Of a DNA stretch of 64,000 nt, positions 42,136-52,025 are shown piece after piece; positions within the stretch are counted from its first letter, which is position 1; each line of letters starts with the position of its first letter. The stretch is from assembly GCA_963700755.1 (NCBI GenBank), contig CAVOYW010000005.1, positions 181,845 to 245,844 on the forward strand, written 5' to 3'. Position numbers and translations under genes: made by a program. Source of the DNA: an uncultured Acidimicrobiales bacterium. GTDB taxonomy: Bacteria; Actinomycetota; Acidimicrobiia; Acidimicrobiales; SZUA-35. Under the pieces are notes generated by a model. That model saw only the letters and a program-made list of their open reading frames with translations, was not told the origin of the DNA and ran no database searches.

Positions 42136-43256
42136 GTTCGGACACCGCCTCCGGCCCCGGTGAGCACACTGGGGAGTTGCGCTTCGAGGACCCAGAGCCT
42201 TCCGACCACTGCGCCGCGGATGGAACCCCCGACCGCTTCGACCCGTTGCCGGAGCCCGTCGAGCCCCTGTCCCTGTGCCGTGCTCGTGATCGACGGTTGT
42301 GACCGGACCTCGTTCTCGATCCGCAGACTGACGTCGTCGCTGTCGATCGTCAAGGTGATCGATGCCCACGGTCGTGCTGCGTGTTTGGCCACGTTGGTGA
42401 GCGCCTCTCGCACGATGTCGTGCACGACGATTCCCGGACCCGAGTGCAATGATTCGATGGCGCCGTCGACGGTCAGATCGACCTGCATGCCGGCGTCGGT
42501 GTAGGTCTGGACGAGTCGTGCGAGTCCGCCCGCTTCGACCGGAACCAAGGTCACGGCGTCGGTTCGCATGAGGAGCAGGGCCTGGCGGAGGTCGTCCATG
42601 CCCCGGCGTCCGACCTCTTCGGCCTTCCGCAGCGCAGCGGCGGCTTCGACCTCCGACGGGCCCAGCATCGCCCGCGCCCCTCCGAGATGGAGCAGGACCA
42701 CGCTGAAACTGTGCCCGACGAGATCATGGAGCTCGCGGGCGATCCGCTGGCGTTCGTCCATCACGGCAGCTCGAGCGAGCAGGGATCGGCTTTCCTCGAG
42801 CTGGTCGATGAGGCCCCACTGTTGGCCGACGATGGCACCGAAGAGCCAGCCGAGGGCGATGCCGGCCATCCAGGTCCAGGGGCCGAGTTCCACGTAGTCG
42901 GGAACCCGGACCGCCCACAGCACGAGGGGGCTGACCAGGATCGTCGCCATGGCGAGATTGTCGCCGGTCGTCGGTCCATTGGCCGCAACGATCACCATGG
43001 CGACGATCACGACGAAATAGGCGTTCGTGGAGACATCGTTCGCTTCGCCGATCACCGTCGGAATCCCGACCCAGGCGAGGAGCACGAGTGCCGGCATCGT
43101 CCGCCAGACCGCCCGCAGCCCCATGGCCGGGAGGATCGCCAGCGCCGGGATCCAACCCCACCCGCTCACCGTGGCGAGATTCAAGATGCCGAACGCCGTG
43201 GCCAGGATTGCGGCACCGAACAGGAACTCGTCGCGATCTCGGAACACCGGGAGCAT
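42132..43256 (-). CDS. HisKA_3 membrane sensor histidine kinase
   Basis: ERQRIARELHDLVGH, REALTNVAKHA, GQGLDGLRQR. Confidence 0.93.
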   Translation of the reverse strand: MLPVFRDRDEFLFGAAILATAFGILNLATVSGWGWIPALAILPAMGLRAVWRTMPALVLLAWVGIPTVIGEANDVSTNAYFVVIVAMVIVAANGPTTGDNLAMATILVSPLVLWAVRVPDYVELGPWTWMAGIALGWLFGAIVGQQWGLIDQLEESRSLLARAAVMDERQRIARELHDLVGHSFSVVLLHLGGARAMLGPSEVEAAAALRKAEEVGRRGMDDLRQALLLMRTDAVTLVPVEAGGLARLVQTYTDAGMQVDLTVDGAIESLHSGPGIVVHDIVREALTNVAKHAARPWASITLTIDSDDVSLRIENEVRSQPSITSTAQGQGLDGLRQRVEAVGGSIRGAVVGRLWVLEAQLPSVLTGAGGGVRT

Positions 43257-43290
43257 CCCGACACTGTAAATCGCGGGTCGGCGACGTGGC

Positions 43291-43414
43291 ATCCGACGTC
43301 GGGGTCATCGCGTCCTCCTCCCGGGGGAGGAGCCGGCCGACCCGCTTGGGCCTCGGGTCCGACCTCGGGAAGGTCCTGTCCTCCGACGACGAGGTCGACC
43401 TCGATTCCTACCGT
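43291..43414. promoter_or_regulatory. Probable response-regulator sites and -10 box of the MMPL promoter
   Basis: Dyad CTCCTCCCGGGGGAGGAG near 43315-43332, three TCCGAC half-sites, TACCGT at 43409-43414. Confidence 0.45.
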
Positions 43415-43458
43415 CGACACCAGGCAATCGGGACGGTCCCGAGCCCAGAAAGGCAGTC

Positions 43459-45708
43459 ATGTTCACGAGACTCGGAGAGACGATCGTCCGGCGGACGAGG
43501 ATGGTGCTGTTCGGATCCGTGGTGGCCTTGGTCCTCACCGCCACCCTCGGTGTGGGTGTCTTCGGGGTGTTGGCCGGAGGGGGCTTCGACGACCCGTCGT
43601 CGGAGTCGAGTACCGCGCAGCGAGTGCTCGAAGAGGAGTTCGGTGCCGGTACGTCGAACCTCGTCCTGCTCGTGACGGCGATCTCGGGTGACATCGACGA
43701 CCCCGGGACGGTCGAGGCGGGGCTGGCCCTCACCGAGGAACTCGCCGCCGTGGACGGGGTGGAGGACGTGGGTTCGTACTGGAGGTTCGGATCCCCGCCG
43801 AGCCTGAGGTCCGAGGACGGGACCGCGGCGTTGGTGTTCGCCCGGACGGTCGGAGACGAGGACGCCCAGGAGGAGACGACGTCGTGGGTCGTCGAGGAAT
43901 TCGCCGGCGAGCGCGACGGCTTCACCGTCGAGGTGGGAGGGGTGGGTGCCGTCTACGCCGGCATCGGCCAGACCGTCGAGGAGGATCTCGCCCTGGCCGA
44001 GATGATCGCCATTCCGCTGACCCTCGTTCTGCTCGTGATCGTGTTCCGCGGCGTCGTCGCCGCCCTCCTTCCGCTCGCCGTCGGCGTCTCGGCGATCTTC
44101 GGTGCGTTCTTCGTGCTCTGGGCGATTGCGCAGTTCACCGACGTGTCGATCTTCTCGATCAACCTGGTCACCGCCCTCGGCCTGGGCCTCGCCATCGACT
44201 ACAGCCTGCTGATCGTCTCCCGTTTCCGGGAGGAGCTCGACGCCGGGCGCTCCGTCGAGGAGGCCACGGTACGCACCGTCGAGACCGCCGGGCGCACGGT
44301 CGCCTTCTCGGGTCTGACCGTCGCCGTGTCGCTCGTTGCGCTGGTTGCCTTTCCGCTGTACTTCCTTCGGTCGTTCGCCTACGCCGGAGTCGGGGTGCTC
44401 CTGGTGGCGATGGTGTCGTCGGTGGTCACGCTTCCCGCCCTGCTCCGTGTCCTGGGCCCTCGGGTCAACGCCTGGTCGCTGAAGGGGGGCCGCGGACGTG
44501 GATCGGAATCGGCGATGTGGGCCCGCGCCGCCGAGCTGGTCCTGCGTCGCCCGGCCGTGGTTGCGGTGGCTGTCGTCGGCATCCTCGTGTTCGTCGGCGC
44601 ACCGTTCCTGCGGGTCACCTTCGGCAACAGCGACGAGCGTGTTCTCCCGGCGAACCATCCCGCTCGGGTCGCCACCGAGAACATCCAGCGCCAGTTCGCC
44701 TCCGACGAGTCCGCGGCCTTCCCGATCGTGGTGACCGAGGAAGCTCCCGGCGCCGTTCTCGACGACTATGCAGCCCGGGTGTCCATGGTCGACGGTGTCG
44801 CCCGGGTGACCATGGTCAACGGGACGTGGGTCGATGGGGCACGAGTCGCACCGGCCGATTCGACGTCGGCGCAGTACGCCGCCGAGTCGGGAACCTGGAT
44901 GAGCGTGATCCCCGAGGACCATCCGATGTCGACCGAGGCGCAGGCCGCCGTGACCGAGATCCGTGCGATCGACACCCCCCTCGATGCCGCCGTCGCCGGC
45001 GAGACGGCCCAGCTGATCGACACCAAGACGGCGATCTTCTCGGTGGCCCCGTGGGCCGGGGCGTGGATCGCCGGAGCCACGTTCGTGCTCCTGTTCCTCA
45101 TGTTCGGAAGCTTCCTGGTGCCGTTGAAGGCGATCATCCTCAACAGCCTGAGCCTCACGGCCACCTTCGGGGCCATGGTCTGGATCTTCCAGGACGGCAA
45201 CTTCTCGGGTCTGCTCGACTTCACCGCCACCGGCCTCACCGACGTCTCGATGCCGATCCTGATGTTCGCCATCGCCTTCGGCCTGTCGATGGACTACGAG
45301 GTGTTCCTGCTGGCCCGCATGAAGGAGGAGTACGACCGCACCGGTGACAACCACGCGGCGATCGTCGCCGGCCTGGCCAAGACCGGCCGGATCGTGACCG
45401 CGGCGGCCCTCGTCCTGTCGGTCACGTTCTTCGCCTTCGCCAGCGGTGGGATCACGTTCATGAAGCTCTTCGGCCTCGGCTTGGGCATCGCCGTCCTGGT
45501 CGATGCATTCCTGGTTCGGGCCACCCTGGTCCCGGCGCTGATGCAGATGGCCGGCTCGGCGAACTGGTGGGCTCCGGCATGGGCCCGGCAGATCCACGAC
45601 CGCTTCGGCATCGACGAGAGCGGCCGTGACGCCGACCCGTCGGCCGAGGACCGACCCGCGGAGGTCGGCGAGGTCGTGGAGGTCAGGGAGCCGGTGCTCA
45701 CTCGCTAG
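43459..45708 (+). CDS. MMPL (RND) family transporter
   Basis: GLAIDYSLLIVSRFREE, TAGRTVAFSG, FGLSMDYEVFLLARMKEE. Confidence 0.95.
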   Translation: MFTRLGETIVRRTRMVLFGSVVALVLTATLGVGVFGVLAGGGFDDPSSESSTAQRVLEEEFGAGTSNLVLLVTAISGDIDDPGTVEAGLALTEELAAVDGVEDVGSYWRFGSPPSLRSEDGTAALVFARTVGDEDAQEETTSWVVEEFAGERDGFTVEVGGVGAVYAGIGQTVEEDLALAEMIAIPLTLVLLVIVFRGVVAALLPLAVGVSAIFGAFFVLWAIAQFTDVSIFSINLVTALGLGLAIDYSLLIVSRFREELDAGRSVEEATVRTVETAGRTVAFSGLTVAVSLVALVAFPLYFLRSFAYAGVGVLLVAMVSSVVTLPALLRVLGPRVNAWSLKGGRGRGSESAMWARAAELVLRRPAVVAVAVVGILVFVGAPFLRVTFGNSDERVLPANHPARVATENIQRQFASDESAAFPIVVTEEAPGAVLDDYAARVSMVDGVARVTMVNGTWVDGARVAPADSTSAQYAAESGTWMSVIPEDHPMSTEAQAAVTEIRAIDTPLDAAVAGETAQLIDTKTAIFSVAPWAGAWIAGATFVLLFLMFGSFLVPLKAIILNSLSLTATFGAMVWIFQDGNFSGLLDFTATGLTDVSMPILMFAIAFGLSMDYEVFLLARMKEEYDRTGDNHAAIVAGLAKTGRIVTAAALVLSVTFFAFASGGITFMKLFGLGLGIAVLVDAFLVRATLVPALMQMAGSANWWAPAWARQIHDRFGIDESGRDADPSAEDRPAEVGEVVEVREPVLTR

Positions 45709-45726
45709 TTGGTCGACCGGCAGAAA

Positions 45727-45752
45727 GCCCGCCCCCGAGACCGGGGGCGGGC
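45727..45752. terminator. Bidirectional hairpin terminator between convergent genes
   Basis: GCCCGCCCCCG-agac-CGGGGGCGGGC flanked by GAAA and CTTC. Confidence 0.8.
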
Positions 45753-45783
45753 CTTCGTCGCGCCGGTTGCCGGACCGGTCGGG

Positions 45784-46821
45784 TCACTCGGACCAGGCTT
45801 TGATCTTCTCGATCGTTTCGAGCGGGTTCTCACCGGCCGGATTGATGTTGAGGTACGTGACGCCGACCTCTTTGTAGACGGCCAACCGTTCCCGGACGTG
45901 TGCCTCGTCGCCGCAGAGCATCGACAGATCGAGGTATTCGTCGGGAATGGCCGCCGTGGCCTCGGCCCGCTTGCCCGACAGGAAGAGATCCTGCACCTTC
46001 TCGGCCTCTTCCTCCCAGCCGTATCGCTTGAACAGGTCGTTGTAGTAGTTCTTGTTCTTGGCCCCCATCCCGCCGACGTAGAAGGCGATGTGGGCCCGGG
46101 CCGCCTCACGGGCCTCCTCGACGTGGGGACCGTCACCGAGTGCGACGACGCCGCCGGCGATCATCTCGAGCGGGGGTAGATCGGGGGAGCGCTTGGCCTT
46201 GCCCGCCTCGAGCGCGTCTCCCCAGACCTTCTCGAACCGGTCGGGGACGAAGTGGATCGGCTGCCAGCCGTTCGCCAGCTCGGCGGTCATCTCGACGTTC
46301 TTGGGGCCGATCGATGCGATCACGATCGGGATGTCACGGGTCGGGGGGCGGTTCATGAACTTGAGCGGCTTGCCGAGCCCGGTGCCCTGCCCTGCCGGCA
46401 GCGGAAGGCTGAAGGCGCGGCCGTCGTGGGTGACCTTGTCGCCGCTCCACACCTTGCGGCAGATGTCGATGGTGTCGCGGGTGCGAGCCAGCGGCTTGTC
46501 GAACGGGAAGCCATGCCACCCCTCGATGACCTGAGCCCCGGAGGAACCGAGTCCGAGAATGAACCGTCCTCCCGACAGGGCGTCGAGGGTGGCCGCAGTC
46601 TGGGCGATCAGGGCCGGGCTGCGTGAATAGATGGGAATGATCCCGGTCATGAGCTCGAGGGTCGTGGTCTGGCCGGCGAGGAAGCCCAGGGTCGAAACCA
46701 GGTCGTAGCCGTAGATCTCACCGCCCCAGACCATGTCGACCCCCGCGGCTTCGAGGTCCTTGGCGTGTCGGGCGAGCTTCTGGGGGTCGCCGTCGAAGCC
46801 GATGGTGGTACTGAGTTTCAT
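45784..46821 (-). CDS. LLM class F420-dependent oxidoreductase
   Basis: WGGEIYGYD, ALSGGRFILGLGSSGAQVIEGWHG, GPKNVEMTAE; true start ATG 46821. Confidence 0.93.
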   Translation of the reverse strand: MKLSTTIGFDGDPQKLARHAKDLEAAGVDMVWGGEIYGYDLVSTLGFLAGQTTTLELMTGIIPIYSRSPALIAQTAATLDALSGGRFILGLGSSGAQVIEGWHGFPFDKPLARTRDTIDICRKVWSGDKVTHDGRAFSLPLPAGQGTGLGKPLKFMNRPPTRDIPIVIASIGPKNVEMTAELANGWQPIHFVPDRFEKVWGDALEAGKAKRSPDLPPLEMIAGGVVALGDGPHVEEAREAARAHIAFYVGGMGAKNKNYYNDLFKRYGWEEEAEKVQDLFLSGKRAEATAAIPDEYLDLSMLCGDEAHVRERLAVYKEVGVTYLNINPAGENPLETIEKIKAWSE

Positions 46822-46920
46822 GGGTCGAGTCCTTGTCGTCGTTGCTTCGAGAGCTTGCTGAACTCCCAGCGGTGTGTCCAGTCCCATCGATGGCGAGTGG
46901 TTGCTGACTAGTCTTGGAGT

Positions 46921-47366
46921 GTGAGACTGGAGGTGACCCGGAAGAGCGATCTCGCCGTCCGCTCGCTGCTGGCGCTCGCCGGGTCGGGGGACGCGGGTCG
47001 GGGGGACGCGGGTCGGGGGAACGGATGAAAGGTCCCGAGCTCGCCGATGCTGTTGGGAGCACCTCGGGGTTCGTGTCGCAGGTGTTGACTCCGCTCGTTC
47101 GAGCCGGATGGGTTCGCTCCGACCCGGGACCGTCCGGTGGGTACTCGCTCGTGGTCGATCTCGACGAGTTGTCGGTCCTGGCGGTGATCGAGACGATCGA
47201 AGGGCCGACCGACTCGGGACGTTGTGTGCTGGCCGACCGCCCGTGCGACGTGGGTGGTTTCTGCGCGCTCCACCTGCCCTGGGTCCGGGCCCGTGCCCAG
47301 TTGTTGGCCCAGCTCGATGACACACCGGTGTCGGCCGCCGGTCCGGCAGAGGAGACCTTGCAGTGA
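46921..47366 (+). CDS. Rrf2 family Fe-S transcriptional regulator (frameshift in repeat near 46990)
   Basis: VRLEVTRKSDLAVRSLLAL in one frame; VRSDPGPSGGY, LAVIETIEG and CVLADRPC....CALH in the next. Confidence 0.88.
46981..47024. repeat. G-rich 14/15-bp tandem repeat inside rrf2, 3 copies
   Basis: GGGTCGGGGGACGC GGGTCGGGGGGACGC GGGTCGGGGGAACGG. Confidence 0.85.
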
Positions 47367-48208
47367 GCATCGGCTCCGCCGACCGCGGCAGGGGTTCGAC
47401 CCGAGACCTCCCGGCCGAGCGACCGGCGAGACCTCGTCCCTCGTGGCGCTCGGTCGCCCTGCCAGCCGAGCACGGCGGCTGGAGCCTCACCGCCGAGCCG
47501 GTCCTGCTCGGCCTGATCGTGGCCTGGTCGCTTCCCGGCCTGGCCCTCGGCCTGGCGGCGATGGTGGCGTTCGTCGCCCGGACTCCGATCAAGCTGGTGC
47601 TGGTCGATCGGTTTCGGCATCGACGCCTCGATCGCACGAGACTCGCCACGAGGATTGCCGCAGTGGAACTCCTGGTTCTGGTCGCCCTCGTCATCGTGGC
47701 GGTGACGACCGCGGCGTCGGGATTCTGGGCTCCGCTGATCGTCGCAGCCCCGCTGATCGTGCTCGAGCTCTGGTACGACATGCGGAGCAGGAGCCGACGA
47801 CTCATTCCCGAGTTGGCGGGGTCCATCGGCATCGGTTCGATGGCAACGGCCATCGCGTTGGCCGATGGTGCTCCGACTCGTGTGGCCTGGGGGCTATGGG
47901 TCGTCATCGGTGCTCGCTCGCTCGCTGCCATCCCGTACGTCCGAACCCAGATCCTGCGCACGCGATCGCATCCGGGTCCGACGTGGCACAGCGACCTGGC
48001 CCAGGTCTCGGCTGTCGTGGTCGCCGGCGGGGCCTGGAGTGTCGATCTCGTCCCCTTCGCCACCTGGATGGCGCTCGTCGTCCTCGCGGTGGTCGACCTG
48101 GCGGCAGTCCGGATGCGACCCCGCCCCGCCGTCGTGATCGGCATCCAACAGACGGTCGTCGGTCTCGGTGTCATCGTCGTGACCGGAATGGCCATCCACC
48201 TCACCTGA
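47363..48208 (+). CDS. YwiC-like membrane protein
   Basis: LPAEHGGW signature, multiple TM helices, IPYVR. Confidence 0.85.
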   Translation: MSIGSADRGRGSTRDLPAERPARPRPSWRSVALPAEHGGWSLTAEPVLLGLIVAWSLPGLALGLAAMVAFVARTPIKLVLVDRFRHRRLDRTRLATRIAAVELLVLVALVIVAVTTAASGFWAPLIVAAPLIVLELWYDMRSRSRRLIPELAGSIGIGSMATAIALADGAPTRVAWGLWVVIGARSLAAIPYVRTQILRTRSHPGPTWHSDLAQVSAVVVAGGAWSVDLVPFATWMALVVLAVVDLAAVRMRPRPAVVIGIQQTVVGLGVIVVTGMAIHLT

Positions 48209-48225
48209 ATCTCCGACCGAGGAAG

Positions 48226-48346
48226 CCCCGACACCGTGACCCTGACACCATGACCCCGACACCATGACCCCGACACCATGACCCGACACCATGACCCCGA
48301 CACCATGACCCCGACACCACCCCGACACGAACCACCCCGACACCGA
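48226..48346. repeat. Intergenic 14-bp tandem repeat (VNTR), about 6 full and 3 degenerate copies
   Basis: Unit CCCCGACACCATGA repeated head to tail without spacers. Confidence 0.92.
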
Positions 48347-48372
48347 TCACGGGCGACATCAGCCCGCCGGAC

Positions 48373-49263
48373 ATGATGGCCGGGATGGGTGGCCCAACTG
48401 CGTTCGACACCGTGTCGATCCGGGCCAATGGTTTCTCGTTCACCGCCGACGTCGGTGGTCCACCCGACGCCGAGCTGGTGCTCTTCCTCCACGGCTTCCC
48501 ACAGACCCGTCACACCTGGCGGGCCGAGCTCGCCGCCGTTGCCCATGCCGGGTACCGCTCGTGCGCCCCCGATCAGCGCGGCTATTCGCCCGGTGCCCGA
48601 CCGGTCGGGATCGAGCCGTACCGGCTCGAGTTCCTCGTCGCCGATGCGGTTACGATCGTCGATGGCCTCGGGGCCGAACGATTCCATCTCGTCGGGCACG
48701 ACTGGGGTGGGCAGCTGGCCTGGGTGATCGCTGCGCTCCACCCCGACCGGGTGCAGACCCTGTCGGTGATCTCGCGACCGCATCCCGGCTCCTTCGCGCA
48801 GGCCATGGCGAACGACGCCGAGCAGGGGAGTCGTTCGGGGCATCACCGCAGCTTCCTTCGACCCGAGGCGACCGATGAACTGCTCGCCGACGGTGCGGCT
48901 CGGCTCCGAGCGGTCTACCAACGCAGCGGTGTCCCCGAGGCCGATGCCGACACCTACCTGGCCACCCTCAACGATCACGCCGCCCTCGACGCCGCCATCA
49001 ACTGGTACCGCGCCGCCGGCGACTCGTCGATCCGGACGGCCGACCTGCCGGCGGTGACGGCGCCCACGATGTACGTGTGGGGCAACGCTGACGCAACGGT
49101 GGGGCGACCGGCGGCCGAGGGCGTCGCTGCCTTCGTCACCGGTCCCTACCGCTTCGTCGAGCTCGACGGTCTCGGTCACTTCGTCACCGACGAGCAACCC
49201 GGAGTGTTCCCACCCCTCCTCCTCGAACACCTCCTCCTCGAACACCTCGGTCAGAGCGTCTGA
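48373..49263 (+). CDS. Alpha/beta hydrolase (epoxide hydrolase-like)
   Basis: LHGFPQ, DQRGYSPG, GHDWGG, INWYRA, GHF. Confidence 0.9.
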   Translation: MMAGMGGPTAFDTVSIRANGFSFTADVGGPPDAELVLFLHGFPQTRHTWRAELAAVAHAGYRSCAPDQRGYSPGARPVGIEPYRLEFLVADAVTIVDGLGAERFHLVGHDWGGQLAWVIAALHPDRVQTLSVISRPHPGSFAQAMANDAEQGSRSGHHRSFLRPEATDELLADGAARLRAVYQRSGVPEADADTYLATLNDHAALDAAINWYRAAGDSSIRTADLPAVTAPTMYVWGNADATVGRPAAEGVAAFVTGPYRFVELDGLGHFVTDEQPGVFPPLLLEHLLLEHLGQSV

Positions 49264-49371
49264 CCCGGCCCGGCAACAACGGGCAGATCGCGTCGTTCGT
49301 TCTCGGGGGGCGAGCCGCACGGAGCGTGGATGTGCTCGAATGGTGTCCCGACCGTTCGACGGAGGCATCCG

Positions 49372-50070
49372 ATGACCCACCTGCATCCACGGGGCGTGAA
49401 CCATCTCGCCCTGTCGACCACCGACATGAAACGTCAGCTCGAGTTCTGGTGTGACGCGCTCGGCCTCCCGCTCAAGGCGCTGTACTGGATGCACGGCGTG
49501 CAGGGGGCCTACCACGGCTTCGTCGAACTGGCGCCCGACAGCTACGTCGCCTTCGTCCAGCATCCCGACAACGGCAAAGAGGTCGACTTCGGTGTCAGCC
49601 ATGCCGACGGTCCGGGCGGCGCCATCCGGGGCGGAACGATGCAGCATGTCGCCTTCCACGTCGACACGCTCGACGAGGTGCTCGAAATGCGCGACCGGCT
49701 TCGTTCGAAGGGGGTGCAGGTGCTGGGCCCGATCGATCACGGGTTCATCCAGTCCATCTACTTCGAGGGTCCGGAGGGTCTGAACCTCGAGGTCTGCTGC
49801 GGCCACGACATCGACGAGCGGGCGTGGATCGACCCCGAGGTCACCGGACTGTGCGGGATCACCACCGACGAACTCGAACGGATGAAGAACCCCGAGCCGT
49901 TCCGACGGCCGACCGACGCCGTGGCCCAGCCGACCGAGCCGCACCCCGACAACGTGCGGGCCCAACGTCAACCGGCCCGGCACGCCAAGACCATGGCGCT
50001 CCCCGACGACGTCGTGTGGAGCAGCTTCAGCGAGACCACCCCACCGGTCGATGTCGAAGGTGGCCGATGA
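49372..50070 (+). CDS. VOC/glyoxalase family protein
   Basis: GVNHLAL, MQHVAF, SIYFEGPEGLNLEV. Confidence 0.9.
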   Translation: MTHLHPRGVNHLALSTTDMKRQLEFWCDALGLPLKALYWMHGVQGAYHGFVELAPDSYVAFVQHPDNGKEVDFGVSHADGPGGAIRGGTMQHVAFHVDTLDEVLEMRDRLRSKGVQVLGPIDHGFIQSIYFEGPEGLNLEVCCGHDIDERAWIDPEVTGLCGITTDELERMKNPEPFRRPTDAVAQPTEPHPDNVRAQRQPARHAKTMALPDDVVWSSFSETTPPVDVEGGR

Positions 50071-50498
50071 CGAGCGACAACAAGACCACGGTGACCGACG
50101 TCGACCCGGTCGAGTTCGTTGCCGCCGTCGAGCACCCGGCCAGACGGGCCGATGCCGAGGTCCTCCTCGACCTGATGCGGCGAGTGACCGACTGCGAGCC
50201 ACGAATGTGGGGTCCGTCGATCGTCGGATTCGGTCGCTACCGCTATCGCTACGAGTCCGGTCGGGAGGGCGAGTTCATGCTCACCGGGTTCTCGCCTCGG
50301 AAGGCCAACCTGGTGGTCTACGTGCTACCCGGTTACGACGACATCGCCGACGATCTCGCTCGGCTCGGCAAGCACCGGATCGGCAAGAGCTGCCTCTACA
50401 TCAACAAGCTCGCCGACATCGATCTCACCGTTCTGGAACAGATCGTGAGCGACGGTGTCGCTCGCATGCGCGAGAGCTACGAGATTCTCGCCGACTGA
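50067..50498 (+). CDS. DUF1801 family protein
   Basis: MWGPSIVGFG.Y.Y.YESG, GFSPRK, GKSCLYI. Confidence 0.9.
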   Translation: MTSDNKTTVTDVDPVEFVAAVEHPARRADAEVLLDLMRRVTDCEPRMWGPSIVGFGRYRYRYESGREGEFMLTGFSPRKANLVVYVLPGYDDIADDLARLGKHRIGKSCLYINKLADIDLTVLEQIVSDGVARMRESYEILAD

Positions 50499-50576
50499 CC
50501 GTTGGACGGCCTCGCTCGCGATCCTTGCCCGTCGAGGCGCTCGGCTGCGGCGCAGCCGACTCGGCTGCCTCGGCGA

Positions 50577-51209
50577 TCATGAATCGGCTCGGGTGAGCCG
50601 CAGCTCGAGGAGGTCCCGAACCCGGTGCCCGATCGGTGATGCGAGCGCCGTGCGGATTCGCTCGGTGTCGGCCCCGGTGTCGTAGTAGAGATCCTGGGTC
50701 TCGAGCACCGAGATCGTGTCGACGGCCCGGTGATGAGCGAGCGGCATGCCCGGGGTCACCGACCCCTCGTCGATCACCCGACAGTAGACCCCGGGTCGTC
50801 GAGCCTCGCGGAACCGGCGCTGCCAGTCGGATTCGTTCACCTTGTGCTGGAAGACGGCGCACGGAATGCGGGCGCCGGTTGCCTCGATGACCGTGTCGCC
50901 CAGCGTGAATCGGTCACCGACCCGGACCTCCGCCGAACTGACGCCCTCGATCGTCAGGTTCTCACCGAACGTTCCGCCGGGTACGTGGCGGCCGAGGATC
51001 TCTTCCCACCAGAGGTAGTCGTCCCGGGTGTAGACGTAGACGGCCTGGTCCGGGCCGCCGTGGTGCTCGGTGTCGGCCACCACGTCGCCGACGAGCCCGA
51101 GCCGCGTGATGCGGGCCGACTCGACGGCGGACTTGTTGATGCCGGTGGTCCCGAGGCGTCCGACCGGTGAGGGTTCGGAGCGGCCGATCTGGATGGAGTC
51201 GAGGCGCAT
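50577..51209 (-). CDS. MOSC domain protein (YiiM-like)
   Basis: HHGGPDQAVY, FGENLT, RIPC, PGVYCRVI. Confidence 0.92.
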   Translation of the reverse strand: MRLDSIQIGRSEPSPVGRLGTTGINKSAVESARITRLGLVGDVVADTEHHGGPDQAVYVYTRDDYLWWEEILGRHVPGGTFGENLTIEGVSSAEVRVGDRFTLGDTVIEATGARIPCAVFQHKVNESDWQRRFREARRPGVYCRVIDEGSVTPGMPLAHHRAVDTISVLETQDLYYDTGADTERIRTALASPIGHRVRDLLELRLTRADS

Positions 51210-51273
51210 ACGGACGAGTACAGCAGGTTCGTGCCAACCGAGTGATTCGGTACGGGCCTGCTAGACCTGGGAC

Positions 51274-51814
51274 ATGGGCAGAGCTTTCGACACGATCACC
51301 CACGCCATGGCGAGCTTCATCGGTGCCCAGCACGTCTTCTTCGTGGCGACGGCACCGGCGAGCGGAGCGGCCGTGTGAACCTGTCGCCCAAGGGGTACGA
51401 CTCGTTCACGTTCTCGACGACTCATCGGGTCGCCTACCTCGATTTCACCGGCAGCGGGGCGGAGACCATCGCCCATGTCCGCCAGAACGGGCGGATCACG
51501 TTCATGTTCTGCGCCTTCAACGGCAAGGCGAACATCGTGCGCCTCTACGGCACCGGCACGGTGGTGACGCCCGAAGACGCGGTTCGCAACCTTGCGGCCT
51601 TGGTTCGACGCCCCGGACCGTCCGATCGATCATCGTCGCCGACATCGACCGCACGTCGAACTCGTGCGGCTATTCGGTGCCGTTCATGGACTTCGTCGCC
51701 GATCGCCCGACGCTCGACGCGTGGGCCGACAACAAGTCCGACCACGAGCTCGAGGTCTACCGGTCCGAGAAGAACGCCAAATCGATCGACGGCCTTCCGG
51801 CCCTCGGAGCCTGA
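51274..51814 (+). CDS. Pyridoxamine 5'-phosphate oxidase family protein (two frameshifts)
   Basis: QHVFFVATAP / VNLSPKG..YLDFTGSGAETIAH / SCGYSVP..SIDGLP spread across three frames. Confidence 0.82.
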
Positions 51815-51842
51815 CGACCCCGACCCCCCCGGTCCATTTCGA

Positions 51843-51878
51843 GAGAGTCTGAGCGACGAATCTGTCGCTCAGACTCTC
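51843..51878. repeat. Perfect 15-bp-stem hairpin (REP-like element or terminator)
   Basis: GAGAGTCTGAGCGAC-gaatct-GTCGCTCAGACTCTC, 29 nt after a stop codon. Confidence 0.75.
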
Positions 51879-52025
51879 GAAATCGAGGGAAAGAGGGGGT
51901 CGAGGTCCCGACCGGATGCCGGTTGCGCTCGGTAGGTTGTGCCACCGTCTCGAACACGAAGCGACTCCGATGTCCCAGCGCCGCCCCACCGACCATGCCC
52001 CTCGGATCTCGATGCGAATGGACCG

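Noticed and set aside
48226-48346. Possible CRISPR array
   Set aside because: Units are 14 bp, contiguous and without unique spacers, and no cas genes are in the window.
45784-50202. 1472-aa minus-strand ORF suggesting a giant fusion protein
   Set aside because: Only the last 345 aa (from ATG 46821) look like a protein (LLM oxidoreductase). The rest is an antisense shadow of four plus-strand genes in high-GC DNA.
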